This document shows, in pieces, positions 34,677 to 42,655 of a stretch of DNA of 42,655 nt. How positions within the stretch are numbered: position 1 is the stretch's first letter; the number at the start of each line of letters is the position of its first letter. Below the pieces are notes generated by a model. That model was not told the origin of the DNA and did no database searches. It was given only the letters and a program-made list of their open reading frames with translations. A program made the position numbers and the translations under genes. The stretch is from Actinomycetota bacterium (lineage in GTDB: Bacteria; Actinomycetota; Thermoleophilia; Gaiellales; Gaiellaceae): contig JBKPHO010000476.1 of the NCBI GenBank assembly GCA_046729915.1, forward strand, positions 1 to 42,655, written 5' to 3'.

Positions 34677-36922
34677 TACGTACCGAGAAAGAGGTCGAGG
34701 GCCGCTACACCGAGCAGTGGGTCGTCGTTGACGAGGACGCGGCCATCGAGCCGTGGCCTCAGGGCCCCGGCGCCGTCGTCGGCCGGCCCGCCCAGCGCAT
34801 CGACGGCCACGAGCGGGCGCGCGGCCAGGCGATCTACACGGCCGATCTCGCGCTGCCGGGGACGCTGCACGCGGCCGTCCTGCGCAGCCCTTACGCCCGC
34901 GCCCGCGTGAAGAGGCTCGACCTCGCGCCCGCGCTAGCGGCACCGGGCGTGCTCGGGGCGATCGGCCCCGACGACTGCCACGTGCTCGAGCGCGAGCCGG
35001 GTTTCCACGGCGCGCCCGTCGCGGCCGTCGCCGCGGACAACCCCCGCCGCGCCCGGGAGGCGCTGGCGCTGATCGACGTCGAGTGGGAGGAGCTCGAGCC
35101 GCTGCTCGATCCGGAGGAGGCGGTCCGGCGCAAGTCGCTGCACGAGGACCCGCGCAGGTACGAGCGCGGCGACGCCGACGCCGGGTTCGGTGCGGCCGAT
35201 GTGGTCGTCGAGGCGGAGTACCGGACGCAGACGGTGCTCCACAACGCCTTCGAGACGCACCAGTCGGTGTGCCGGTGGGAGGGCGACACGCTCGAGGTCT
35301 ACACCTCCACGCAGTACATCTGGGGCGTGCGCGACGAGGTCGCCGAGGCGCTCGACCTACCACCGGACCGCGTGCGCGTGGTGTGCAACTTCATGGGCGG
35401 CGGCTTCGGTGCGAAGAACAGTCCCGGCGCCCACACGTTCATCGCGATTGCCCTGGTCGGCAAGACCGGCCGCCCAGTCCGGTGCGCCCTCACCCGGCGC
35501 GAGGAGAACCTGGCCACCGGCAACCGGAACGCGACAATCCAGCGACTGCGCGCGGGCGCCCGCTCCGACGGCACGCTCGTCGCGCTCGAGGGCGAGTTCG
35601 TGAACGCCGTCGGGTGGGACGGCTGGTCGGGCCCGACCTACGGGCCGATGGAGATGCTCTACGCCTGCGACAATGTCCGGACGCTGACGTACGGCGCGAA
35701 GCTGAACCTCCCGCCGAACGCCGCCTTCCGCGCGCCAGGGTTCGTCGAGGGAACGTTCGGGCTCGAGTGCCTGCTGGACGAGCTCGCTGCGCGGCTCGAG
35801 CTCGACCCGCTCGAGCTGCGGCGGCGCAACCACGCCGACGCCGACCTCGTCGACGGGAGGCCGTTCTCGTCAAAGAACCTGCTCGAGTGCTACCGGCGCG
35901 CGGAGCCGCACTGGGCGCGCCGGGACGAGGTGCGAGCGCGTTCCCAAGGCGCCGTGCGCCGCGGAACGGGTCTCGCGAGCCAGATCTGGTACGGCGGCGG
36001 GGGGCCGCCCTCGTACGCCGGCGTGCGGGTCGGCTCCGACGGGTCGGCAACCGTCCTCACGGCGATGCAGGACATCGGCACAGGAACCCGCACCGCGATG
36101 GCGCAGATCGCCGCCGAAGAGCTCGGGCTCCCGCTGGAGCGGGTGCGCGTGTCGCTCGGCGATTCCGCCCGCGGGACGTACGCGTCGGTCTCGGCCGGCT
36201 CCTCCACGACGCCGTCGATGGGGCCTGCGGTCCGAGCCGCCGCGGCGGACGCGGCGCGCCAGATCATCGATATCGCCGCGCAGCGCTACCACCTCGAGGA
36301 ACGCGTGCTGTCCCTCGCGGACGGCCGCGTCGTCTCGGCCGACGGGGGCTCCTGGCCGCTCGAGGAGGTGACCGGGCTGCTCGAGGACGCGCAGATCACC
36401 GGCAAGGGCGCGCGGGGCCCGAACCCGGCCGGCATGCGCGTGCTGACCTTCGGGATCCAGGTCGCGGACGTGGCGGTCGACGTCGAGACGGGCGAGGTGC
36501 GAGTGGAGCGCATCGCGGCGATCCACGACATCGGGCGGGTGATCAACCCGCTCGGCGCTCAGAGCCAGGTCGAGGGCGGCATCATCCAGGGCGTCGGGCA
36601 CACGCTCTCCGAGGAACGGCTCGTCGACCCGCTCGAAGGGACGGTGTTGACGCAGACGCTCGACGCGTACAAGCTGCCGACGATCGCCGACGTTCCGGAG
36701 ATCGTGGTCGAGCTACTCGACATCCCGGACGAGCACCTGACGAACCTCGGCTCGAAAGGCCTCGGCGAGCCGCCGATCGTCCCGACCGCGGCGGCGATCG
36801 TGAACGCGATTCGCGACGCGACCGGCGCGGACGTGCGCTCGTTGCCGGTCTCGCGCGAGGAGATGTTGCGAGCGCTGGCCGAGGCGCGGGAGCGCGAGCG
36901 GGTTGCGGTTACTCCAGCCTGA
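34664..36922 (+). CDS. Molybdenum hydroxylase large subunit (xanthine dehydrogenase / aldehyde oxidase family, molybdopterin-binding)
   Basis: 'GRPAQRIDGHERARGQAIYTADL', 'MGGGFGAK', 'DIGTGTRT' and 'KGLGEPP' are typical of this family. The GTG start overlaps the small-subunit 3' end. Confidence 0.9.
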   Translation: MARLIRTEKEVEGRYTEQWVVVDEDAAIEPWPQGPGAVVGRPAQRIDGHERARGQAIYTADLALPGTLHAAVLRSPYARARVKRLDLAPALAAPGVLGAIGPDDCHVLEREPGFHGAPVAAVAADNPRRAREALALIDVEWEELEPLLDPEEAVRRKSLHEDPRRYERGDADAGFGAADVVVEAEYRTQTVLHNAFETHQSVCRWEGDTLEVYTSTQYIWGVRDEVAEALDLPPDRVRVVCNFMGGGFGAKNSPGAHTFIAIALVGKTGRPVRCALTRREENLATGNRNATIQRLRAGARSDGTLVALEGEFVNAVGWDGWSGPTYGPMEMLYACDNVRTLTYGAKLNLPPNAAFRAPGFVEGTFGLECLLDELAARLELDPLELRRRNHADADLVDGRPFSSKNLLECYRRAEPHWARRDEVRARSQGAVRRGTGLASQIWYGGGGPPSYAGVRVGSDGSATVLTAMQDIGTGTRTAMAQIAAEELGLPLERVRVSLGDSARGTYASVSAGSSTTPSMGPAVRAAAADAARQIIDIAAQRYHLEERVLSLADGRVVSADGGSWPLEEVTGLLEDAQITGKGARGPNPAGMRVLTFGIQVADVAVDVETGEVRVERIAAIHDIGRVINPLGAQSQVEGGIIQGVGHTLSEERLVDPLEGTVLTQTLDAYKLPTIADVPEIVVELLDIPDEHLTNLGSKGLGEPPIVPTAAAIVNAIRDATGADVRSLPVSREEMLRALAEARERERVAVTPA

Positions 36923-37745
36923 GTCGCTGGACGCCGCGACCGCGGCGCTGGGCAACGGCTCCGTCGCGCTCGGCGGCGGCACCGACCTCGTCCCGCTCCT
37001 GCGCGACGGGCTCGTCGACGCGGACACGCTCGTCGAGCTGCGTGGCGTCGTGCCGCGCGGAATCGACGGCGGCGGCGCGCGAATCGGCGCCGGGACGACG
37101 CTGGCCGAGCTCGAGGTCGATCCGGAGATCCCGCAGGCCCTGCGGGAGGCCTGCGCGCTCGCGGCCTCACCGCAGCTCCGCTCGATGGGCACGATCGGGG
37201 GCAACCTGCTGCAGGCGACGCGCTGCTGGTACTGGCGGCTGAAGTTCCCCTGCTACCTGCACGGCGGCTCGAACTGCCACGCGCGACGCGGCGCGCATCG
37301 CGAGCACGCGATCTTCGGGAACGAGCGCTGCGCCTCGGCGCATCCCTCCGATCCGGCCGCGGCGCTGCTGGCGCTCGGCGCGGCGCTGCGGACCGACCGG
37401 CGCGAGCTGTCCGTGGAGGCGCTGTACAGGCTGCCGACCGACGACAACCGCGACGTGACGGCGCTCGAGCCGGGCGAGCTGATCCTCGAGCTGGAGCTGC
37501 AGCGGCCGGACGCGAGCACGTACCTGAAGGCGATGGACCGGGCGTGGTTCTCGTTCGCGCTGGTCGGGGTGGCGGCGGCGCGGTTCGGCACGGAGGTGCA
37601 GCTCGCGCTGGCGGGGGTGGCACCGATCCCGTGGAAGCTCGACTCTCCCGACGACCTGGACAGCGCAACGCCCCTACCAGGCGCGGCGTACAAGGTCGAG
37701 CTCGCTCGGCAGCTGATCCGCCGAGCGCTCGAAGCCGTCGCGTAA
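36903..37745 (+). CDS. Molybdenum hydroxylase FAD-binding subunit, PaoB-like with a 4-Cys insertion
   Basis: 'ALGGGTDLVPLL' and 'MGTIGGNL' (FAD_binding_5 motifs). Cys cluster 'TRCWYWRLKFPCYLHGGSNCHARRG...ERCASAHPSD'. Confidence 0.85.
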   Translation: MRLLQPESLDAATAALGNGSVALGGGTDLVPLLRDGLVDADTLVELRGVVPRGIDGGGARIGAGTTLAELEVDPEIPQALREACALAASPQLRSMGTIGGNLLQATRCWYWRLKFPCYLHGGSNCHARRGAHREHAIFGNERCASAHPSDPAAALLALGAALRTDRRELSVEALYRLPTDDNRDVTALEPGELILELELQRPDASTYLKAMDRAWFSFALVGVAAARFGTEVQLALAGVAPIPWKLDSPDDLDSATPLPGAAYKVELARQLIRRALEAVA

Positions 37746-37755
37746 CGTCGCTCCC

Positions 37756-38313
37756 GTGACGGAGACGGGGGTTTGGGCGGTCGTGCTCGCCGCCGGCGCG
37801 TCGAGCCGGTTCGGGTCGCCGAAGCAACGGCTCCTGCTCGAGCCCGTGCTCGATCGAGTGAGACTCAGCGACGTGGACGACCTGGTCGTGGTGCTCGGAG
37901 CGCACGAGCTCGAGACCTCGGCCCGCACCATACAGTGCCCCGATTGGCGCAACGGCCCCGGAGCTTCCCTCCGCTGCGGGCTCGCGGCTCTCCCGCCGGA
38001 AGCCGAGGCCGCGGTCGTCGTGCTGGCCGACGGCCCCGATCTCGCGCCCGAGGCGATCGACCGCGTGATCTCACGCTGGCGAGCGGAGCCGGCGACGCCC
38101 GTGGTGGCCGCCACCTACGAGGGCACGAGGCTCCACCCGGTGCTGATCGCCCGCGAAGCCTGGCCGCTCGTGCCCGACGAAGGAGCGAAGGGGCTCGACG
38201 CCGTCCTCGTACCCTGCGACGATTTGGGACCTCCAGGAGACGTCGATTCCGCCGATGACGTACCCGACCGCCTGAAGCCGAAGCCAAAGCCTTGGAGCTC
38301 GCCAGACCCCTAA
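37756..38313 (+). CDS. MobA/MocA-like nucleotidyltransferase (molybdenum cofactor cytidylyl/guanylyltransferase)
   Basis: 'WAVVLAAGASSRFGSPKQ' matches the LAAGxSxRxGxxK NTP_transf_3 motif. Positioned directly after the hydroxylase genes. Confidence 0.75.
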   Translation: MTETGVWAVVLAAGASSRFGSPKQRLLLEPVLDRVRLSDVDDLVVVLGAHELETSARTIQCPDWRNGPGASLRCGLAALPPEAEAAVVVLADGPDLAPEAIDRVISRWRAEPATPVVAATYEGTRLHPVLIAREAWPLVPDEGAKGLDAVLVPCDDLGPPGDVDSADDVPDRLKPKPKPWSSPDP

Positions 38314-38975
38314 CCGCCGAACCCGCCGACCAGGTCTCCCCGCTGACGACCCTGCGCTTGCAGCGCAAGCTCACCGTCGAGGAGGCGGCGAAGCGCGCGG
38401 CCCTCTGGCCTGAGCAGGTCGAGTGGCTCGAGGAAGGCCGCCTCTACCGCTTCCCCGGCAACAAGGCGGCCGTCATGGCGCTCCTGCGCTACGCGACCGC
38501 GCTCGGAATCGACCACCGCGAGGCCCGCAGCCTCTCGGGGATGCCGGTCGAGCCGCCCGCTCACCGGCCGATCGGCCGCTGGGTGGCCGCGGGCGCCGTC
38601 GCCGCCGTCGCCCTGACGGCGGCCCTCGCGTTCGTACTCGGAACCGGCGGAAACGGCCCCGCGGCAGGCTCGCGCCGGGCCGCGACGCTGCCTCCGCCCT
38701 GGAAGGTCTCCGTCGACGTCCTCAACGGCAGCGGCGACATCAACTACACGCGGCGCGTCGCCAGCCACATCGGCTCGTTCGGCTACCGCATCCAGCACGT
38801 CACGAAGGCGAACCGCTTCGACTACCGCGAGACGGCGGTCTACTTCGAGCCCGGCGGATCGGCGCTCGCCCGGCGCCTCGCGGAGCAGATCGGGGTCCCG
38901 ATCCGACCGCTGCCGGCAGGCAACAACCCGCGGCGGCTCGTGGTCATCGTCGGCCCCGCGCACGCCACCGGCTGA
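38292..38975 (+). CDS. RodZ-like HTH / single-TM / LytR_C-domain protein
   Basis: N-terminal 'LRLQRKLTVEEAAKRAALWPEQVEWLEEG' (HTH). TM helix 'WVAAGAVAAVALTAALAFVLG'. C-terminal 'VSVDVLNGSGDINYTRRVASHIGSFGY...VYFEPG' (LytR_C). The TTG start is uncertain. Confidence 0.6.
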   Translation: MELARPLTAEPADQVSPLTTLRLQRKLTVEEAAKRAALWPEQVEWLEEGRLYRFPGNKAAVMALLRYATALGIDHREARSLSGMPVEPPAHRPIGRWVAAGAVAAVALTAALAFVLGTGGNGPAAGSRRAATLPPPWKVSVDVLNGSGDINYTRRVASHIGSFGYRIQHVTKANRFDYRETAVYFEPGGSALARRLAEQIGVPIRPLPAGNNPRRLVVIVGPAHATG

Positions 38976-39010
38976 GCAGTTCGGTCCCTTACAGGTAGCC
39001 TGCCGCGGTC

Positions 39011-39556
39011 GTGCTGGCCCTCCTGCTCGCGTTTGCGCTTGCGCGCGCGCCGGTCGCGCCGCCGCCCGGCCCGACGTGGTCGGCGTGGCCCGCGGACGGA
39101 ACCGTCACCTCACCCTTCGGCTACGACGGCGGCAGGCACCACCCTGGGATCGACATCGGCATCCTCCGCTCGCTCACCGTCCGCGCCGCACAGCCCGGGC
39201 GTGTGATTGCAGTCGGCACCCCGCCCGGCTTCGAGGGCTACGGCAACCTCGTCGAGGTGCAGCTCGGCGGCGGCTACGTCGCGCTCTACGGGCACCTTGC
39301 GGACTGGCGAGTGCAGGTCGGCGACCAGGTCGCGGTCGGCCAGCGGCTCGGCACCGCCGGCTGCACGGGCTGGTGCTCGGGCACGCACCTGCATTTCGAG
39401 CTGCGCTTCCGCGGCACGGCGGTCGACCCGCTCCGCTACCGGCGGGCTCAGAAGAGCGGCGTGCGCAGCCCCGCGAGCTTCTGCTTGAGGGCGGGCGTCA
39501 TCTCCTCGACCGCGGCCTGCCGGACGAACTTCCTCAGCTCGTCTTCGAACCGGTAG
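39011..39556 (+). CDS. M23 family metallopeptidase (LytM-like)
   Basis: 'HHPGIDIG', 'GYGNLVEVQLGGGYVALYGHL' and 'GTHLHFELR' (HxxxD/HxH motifs). The ORF tail beyond 'DPLRY' overlaps the convergent anti-sigma gene. Confidence 0.8.
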   Translation: MLALLLAFALARAPVAPPPGPTWSAWPADGTVTSPFGYDGGRHHPGIDIGILRSLTVRAAQPGRVIAVGTPPGFEGYGNLVEVQLGGGYVALYGHLADWRVQVGDQVAVGQRLGTAGCTGWCSGTHLHFELRFRGTAVDPLRYRRAQKSGVRSPASFCLRAGVISSTAACRTNFLSSSSNR

Positions 39557-39693
39557 CGCTTACGGCAGTACGCGCACTCGTCGAGGTGCGCCTCGGCCTC
39601 GGCCCGCTCCGCATCGGAGAGCTCGCGGTCCAAGTACGGCTGGAGCATCTCCTCGCACTTGTCGCACGGATCGACCTCGGCGCCGAATCCCAT
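39448..39693 (-). CDS. Zinc-associated anti-sigma factor (ZAS; RsrA/RshA-like)
   Basis: 81 aa. 'CDKCEEMLQPYLDRELSDAERAEAEAHLDECAYCRKRY' contains the HxxxCxxC ZAS motif. The ATG overlaps the sigma gene stop (ATGA). Confidence 0.85.
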   Translation of the reverse strand: MGFGAEVDPCDKCEEMLQPYLDRELSDAERAEAEAHLDECAYCRKRYRFEDELRKFVRQAAVEEMTPALKQKLAGLRTPLF

Positions 39694-40280
39694 CAGGCGC
39701 TCACCGCCTGGTCGGCCAGCTCCCGCTTCAGGATCCGTCGCCCGCGGTGCAGGCGCGACATGACGGTGCCGATCGGGATGTCGAGGATCTGGGCCGCCTC
39801 GGCGTAGCTGAAGTCGCCGATGTCGACGAGCACGATCACGTCGCGGAAGTCGTGCGGCACGCCCGAGAGCGCCGAGACGATGTCGTCCTGCGAGAGCCGC
39901 TCTTCCACGCGCTCCTGGTCGAGGTTCGCCTCGCGCCCTGCCTCCTCGAGCCGGTTGTAGAGGTAGTAGTCGCCTTCCTCGAGCGGCTGCAGGTCCGGCG
40001 AGCGCTGCTGCCGCCGGCCGCGATCGATGTTCAGGTTCGTGAGGATCCGCAGCAGCCACGCGCGCAGATTGGTCCCCGGCTGGTACGAGCGCCAGGCCCG
40101 GAACGCACGCGCATAGGTCTCCTGCATCAAATCCTCCGCCTCTTCACGGGTGGAAACCAGGCGCCGGGCGACCCGGTATACCTGGTCGGCCAGCTCGAGC
40201 GCTTCCTCCTCGAAGCGCACTCTGTCCCGAGCGTCCTCGGCCAGCCTGCGCGGCTCCGCTTCTGGAGTGGTCTCGCCCAT
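39693..40280 (-). CDS. ECF (sigma-70 family group 4) RNA polymerase sigma factor, SigR/SigH-like
   Basis: Region 2 'EDLMQETYARAFRAWRSYQPGTNLRAWLLRILTN' and region 4 'FSYAEAAQILDIPIGTVMSRLHRGR'. Cotranscribed with the ZAS anti-sigma factor. Confidence 0.88.
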   Translation of the reverse strand: MGETTPEAEPRRLAEDARDRVRFEEEALELADQVYRVARRLVSTREEAEDLMQETYARAFRAWRSYQPGTNLRAWLLRILTNLNIDRGRRQQRSPDLQPLEEGDYYLYNRLEEAGREANLDQERVEERLSQDDIVSALSGVPHDFRDVIVLVDIGDFSYAEAAQILDIPIGTVMSRLHRGRRILKRELADQAVSA

Positions 40281-40318
40281 AGACCGGCCACCCTAGCATC
40301 GTTGTCTCAGCGTTTAGC

Positions 40319-40344
40319 AACGCTCGCTTGCGCCCGGCAATTCC
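40319..40344 (-). promoter_or_regulatory. SigR/SigH-type promoter GGAAT-N18-GTT upstream of the ECF sigma gene (autoregulation)
   Basis: The minus strand reads GGGAAT-tgccgggcgcaagcgagc-GTTG with an exact 18-nt spacer. The -10 element lies about 38 nt upstream of the ATG at 40280. Confidence 0.6.
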
Positions 40345-40466
40345 CGTTTTCCGGCAGCCCGCGGCGCTCGTCGACGAGTCGCCGGCGGTGAGCGACGAAG
40401 GGCTTTGGACGGCCGCACCGGCAAGGCCGGCACGGCCTCTTCTGGTCGGCGTCGCAAGCGAGCGCC

Positions 40467-40685
40467 TTAGACCGGCTCGAGCGGCCTGAACCCGGCTCGC
40501 GCCAGCGCGGCGACGATCGCCTCGCGGTCGGTGACCTCGTCGTCCCAGCGGAGCTGCACCTGCCCCATCAGGTTCGCATTGGCGTACTCGAGGCCGTCGT
40601 GGCCCCGCAGAGCGCCGGCGAGTCGTCCGACGCAGCGCTCGCAGCGAATGCCGCTGACGTGGATGGTCTCCGTGCGCGTAGCCAT
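40467..40685 (-). CDS. Heavy-metal-associated (HMA, ferredoxin-like) domain protein with a CxxC motif
   Basis: 72 aa. 'TIHVSGIRCERCVGRLAGAL...' resembles a CopZ-like GMxCxxC, here as IRCERC. It starts 2 nt after the upstream ligase stop. Confidence 0.7.
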   Translation of the reverse strand: MATRTETIHVSGIRCERCVGRLAGALRGHDGLEYANANLMGQVQLRWDDEVTDREAIVAALARAGFRPLEPV

Positions 40686-40687
40686 GG

Positions 40688-41788
40688 CTACGGCGATCGT
40701 ACCGTCCGCCTGGAGACGTCCGCGGCGACCGCCTCGAGGCCACGGTCGCGGCCGACCTCGAGCTGCCGGTCGCCCTCGCAGGTTCGCGGGTCGAGGGTGC
40801 GGAGCAGCTCGACAGTCCCGAGCTCCCGCACGGCCGGCTCGACGAGCGCAAGGAGCTCGTAGGTCAGCTCCTGCACGGAGACGAGACGCTCGCCCGACGG
40901 GTGGATCAGCTCGGCGCGGGGGCCGAAGCGCAGCGCAGCCCAGCGGTTCTGGGCGTAGTCCCCGCGGTTCGCGGGCGGGGGCGGCTCGCCGTCGAGCACG
41001 GTCACGCACAGCGCCTGAAGCAGCGCCGCAAAGGCGGCGGTGAGCTCGACCGCCGTGGGCTGGTCGGGACTGCGGATCTCGAGCGTGCCGAAGTGCGGGT
41101 GGGGCCTGATGTCCCACCAGAAGCGCGTGTAGCCGTCGGCGAGGCCGAGCCGCACGAAACGCTCGACGAACGCCTCCCAGTCCCTGTACGAGGCGAAGAC
41201 CGGCGGCGCCGCCGCCCGCGGCAGGAGCGCCAGCACCTCGGCCCGGGCCGAGGCCAGGCCCGTCTCCTCGCCGGCGAGGAACGGCGAGTTCGCCGAGAGC
41301 GCGAGCACGAGAGGGAGCCAGGGCAACACGCCCTCGAGCGCGCGCATGCACTCCTCCGGGCCCGGCATACCGACGTGCACATGCAGGCCGCAGACCGCCT
41401 GGCGCCGCGCGGAGATGCCCGCGTACTCGACGAACTCGCGGTAGCGCGGGTCCGGCGCGATGTCCTGCGCGTGAGGGAGGCTGAACGGGTGCGTCCCGGC
41501 CGCGGCGATGCGCAGGCCGCTTCCCTTGGCGCCCTCGTCGGCGGCGGCCCGGAGCTCGCGCAGCGCGGCGAGCGCTTCGACGGGGCCGGCGCAGACATCG
41601 GTCGCGAGCTCGACCATCGAGGCCAGCAGCTCCATCTTCAGTACCCCGGGCAACGGCCGCCCCTCGGCCGCGGCGACGAGCGCCTCCACCCCCGGCGCGA
41701 GCGCCAGCGTTCCGGCGTCGAGGATCATGACCTCCTCCTCGATCCCGAGCGACCAGGGGGCGCTGCGGCCGAAGGAGTGCTCGATCAC
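40688..41788 (-). CDS. Carboxylate-amine ligase, glutamate-cysteine ligase family 2 (YbdK/GCS2)
   Basis: 'LGIEEEVMILD', 'ELLASMVELAT', 'GLHVHVG', 'SANSPF' and 'WWDIRPHPHFGTLEIR' are hallmarks of GCS2. Confidence 0.88.
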   Translation of the reverse strand: MIEHSFGRSAPWSLGIEEEVMILDAGTLALAPGVEALVAAAEGRPLPGVLKMELLASMVELATDVCAGPVEALAALRELRAAADEGAKGSGLRIAAAGTHPFSLPHAQDIAPDPRYREFVEYAGISARRQAVCGLHVHVGMPGPEECMRALEGVLPWLPLVLALSANSPFLAGEETGLASARAEVLALLPRAAAPPVFASYRDWEAFVERFVRLGLADGYTRFWWDIRPHPHFGTLEIRSPDQPTAVELTAAFAALLQALCVTVLDGEPPPPANRGDYAQNRWAALRFGPRAELIHPSGERLVSVQELTYELLALVEPAVRELGTVELLRTLDPRTCEGDRQLEVGRDRGLEAVAADVSRRTVRSP

Positions 41789-41831
41789 GACGGCGTACGC
41801 TAGCCCCGGGGACGGGGCGAGCAGTCGGCGG

Positions 41832-42655
41832 CTACAGGTTCCAGGAGCGGCGCCGCAGGCGCACGACGTAGACCGCCAGGCCTGCCACGCCGAGGGCGAA
41901 GAGCACCAGGAGGAAGGCCCCGAGCCACATGGGCGCGCCGTCGACGACGGGCAAGGGAAGTCGCGGCGGCTTCAGGCTGACGCCGAGCACGCCGGTCCTC
42001 TTGCGCTCGTTCGCTCCGGGCGCGCCGATGGAGAAGCTCGCTCGGGAGGCGGCGAGTGGGCCGGCCGACGCGAACACCACCGGCAGGGCCGGGGAGGTGA
42101 TCGCGACCGAGCAGTCGTTGACGAGCGGCTCGGTCCGCTGGGCCTTCGACAGGCGGCTGCCTGGCGGCACGACCTCGACGGCGATCGCTCCGAACCGCAT
42201 CTTCGTCGAGCCGCGGACGACGACCAGGTCGATCGTGTACCGGCCCGGTGCGAGCGGCTTCCCGTGCACGCGGCCGCTGAACCGAACCCGGTTCATCCCT
42301 CTCGTGCCGTGGACGCGCTTGCTCCCGACCACGGAGCAGTCCGCGCCGCGCACCACGAGCACGACGGTTCCGGGGCGGCGAAGCCGGAACGTGAGCATCG
42401 TCCCGCGCCGCGCCGCGGGGCCTCGGGTCGAGAAGCGGGTGCGCGTGGCTCGCACGGTGTGCGTGCGAGCGCTGGAAGCTGCCGGCGAGAACGTAAAGCC
42501 GGGGCCCGCACCGGCGCCCGGTGCGACACCGGGCTGGGTTGCCGGTGACGACGTCCCGGGGAGCAAGGCGCCGGGCTGGCCGGGCGCCACGGGCGAAGAG
42601 CCTGAGCCGGAACCGGAGCCGGGAACCGGCGGGGCCGGCGGCAACGGCGGCGGTG
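41832..42655 (-). CDS. Hypothetical cell-surface protein, 5' end outside the window. Pro/Gly/Ser-rich linker, beta-sandwich-like middle and a C-terminal TM anchor.
   Basis: The frame is open to the window edge. 'GSGSGSGSS' linker. 'GRYTIDLVVVRG' Ig-like segment. C-terminal 'MWLGAFLLVLFALGVAGLAVYVVRLRRR'. Confidence 0.55.
   Translation of the reverse strand, partial: PPPLPPAPPVPGSGSGSGSSPVAPGQPGALLPGTSSPATQPGVAPGAGAGPGFTFSPAASSARTHTVRATRTRFSTRGPAARRGTMLTFRLRRPGTVVLVVRGADCSVVGSKRVHGTRGMNRVRFSGRVHGKPLAPGRYTIDLVVVRGSTKMRFGAIAVEVVPPGSRLSKAQRTEPLVNDCSVAITSPALPVVFASAGPLAASRASFSIGAPGANERKRTGVLGVSLKPPRLPLPVVDGAPMWLGAFLLVLFALGVAGLAVYVVRLRRRSWNL

Noticed and set aside
42590-42655. Short tandem GGAACCGGAGCC-type repeats at the window end (and GCAGGC repeats at 640..700).
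   Set aside because: They fall inside coding frames and encode Gly/Ser/Pro or Gln/Ala linkers. They are low-complexity coding sequence, not CRISPR or intergenic repeat arrays.

Overview
This is a 42.6 kb chromosomal segment with very high GC, a visual estimate of about 70%. By inference it comes from an Actinomycetota-type genome: it carries a PAC2 protein, a DipZ-like protein, a SigR/RsrA-type sigma/anti-sigma pair and a glutamine-dependent NadE. I support about 45 densely packed CDS on both strands. Many are translationally coupled through ATGA overlaps. I found no rRNA, tRNA, CRISPR array, transposase or integrase.

The content is mostly housekeeping and redox metabolism:
- cytochrome and heme A biogenesis
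- selD plus an archaeal-type NMN adenylyltransferase
- nadE
- two ACS-family ligases
- an MCD-type molybdenum hydroxylase cluster with MocA
- a MacB/FtsX ABC exporter
- a TetR-MFS pair
- an ECF sigma with a ZAS anti-sigma

The most interesting locus is 9.8-11.7 kb. An XRE-HTH+TPR regulator is followed 19 nt downstream by a 41-codon ORF that is absent from the ORF track. That ORF has a near-perfect Shine-Dalgarno sequence, a signal-peptide-like N-terminus and its own hairpin terminator. This is the gene architecture of RRNPP (PlcR/PapR, NprR/NprX, AimR/AimP) peptide quorum-sensing systems, which are classically described in Firmicutes. A perfect 9-N8-9 palindrome lies just upstream of the regulator. 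Its half-site recurs over a near-consensus divergent promoter that drives a roughly 175-nt structured, terminator-ended RNA with no downstream gene.

Other notable items:
- a 147-codon ORF in frame with acs across a single TAG and lacking any ATG/GTG/TTG start
- a Mug-Nudix fusion protein
- two small proteins sharing an N-terminal [TI]-I-x-N-[IV]-G-G-D motif, with a reading-frame switch between them
- a selD-nadM operon
- phased direct repeats upstream of a cupredoxin-like gene
- an AT-rich palindrome at the nadE start

All functional calls come from reading motifs by eye. No database search was run.
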